Positions 63,904 through 64,000 of a stretch of 64,000 nt of DNA are shown here, piece by piece (the stretch's first letter is position 1; each line of letters starts with the position of its first letter). Under the pieces are notes generated by a model. That model was given only the letters and a program-made list of their open reading frames with translations. It did not search any database and was not told the origin of the DNA. The stretch is taken from NCBI RefSeq assembly GCF_006345805.1, contig NC_043017.1, positions 12,276,001 through 12,340,000 of the forward strand. Direction: 5' to 3'. The position numbers and the translations under genes are program-made. Source of the DNA: Octopus sinensis (taxonomy: Eukaryota).

Positions 63904-64000
63904 TGTATGTACGTACGCATATACATATGTATGTATGTATGTATGTATGCATGCATGCATGTGTGTGTGTGTGTTTGTATGTATGCATGTGTGTATGTAT

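Overview
AT-rich animal genomic DNA dense in microsatellites, with one 100-N gap (15074-15173). The repeat landscape (tRNA-derived SINEs, (GAT)n-tailed RTE-type repeats, mariner and MITE remnants) suggests an octopod cephalopod; this is inferred, not verified. Two spliced genes face each other tail to tail. A phytochelatin synthase lies on + (4 coding exons, 20060-27163, 446 aa, Cys/His/Asp triad intact). A PCNP homologue lies on - (5 coding exons, 45810-40691, 184 aa). Almost every other listed ORF is microsatellite or transposon noise. The most interesting unexplained signals are (i) a set of short fold-back cassettes carrying hammerhead-ribozyme cores, one with a fully canonical core at 18545-18629 (-), three of them inside phytochelatin synthase introns, and (ii) a CpG-rich, strongly structured ~400-bp segment at 17031-17440 that matches no RNA family I recognise. 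Repeat boundaries without a stated target-site duplication (TSD) or terminal inverted repeat (TIR) are approximate.
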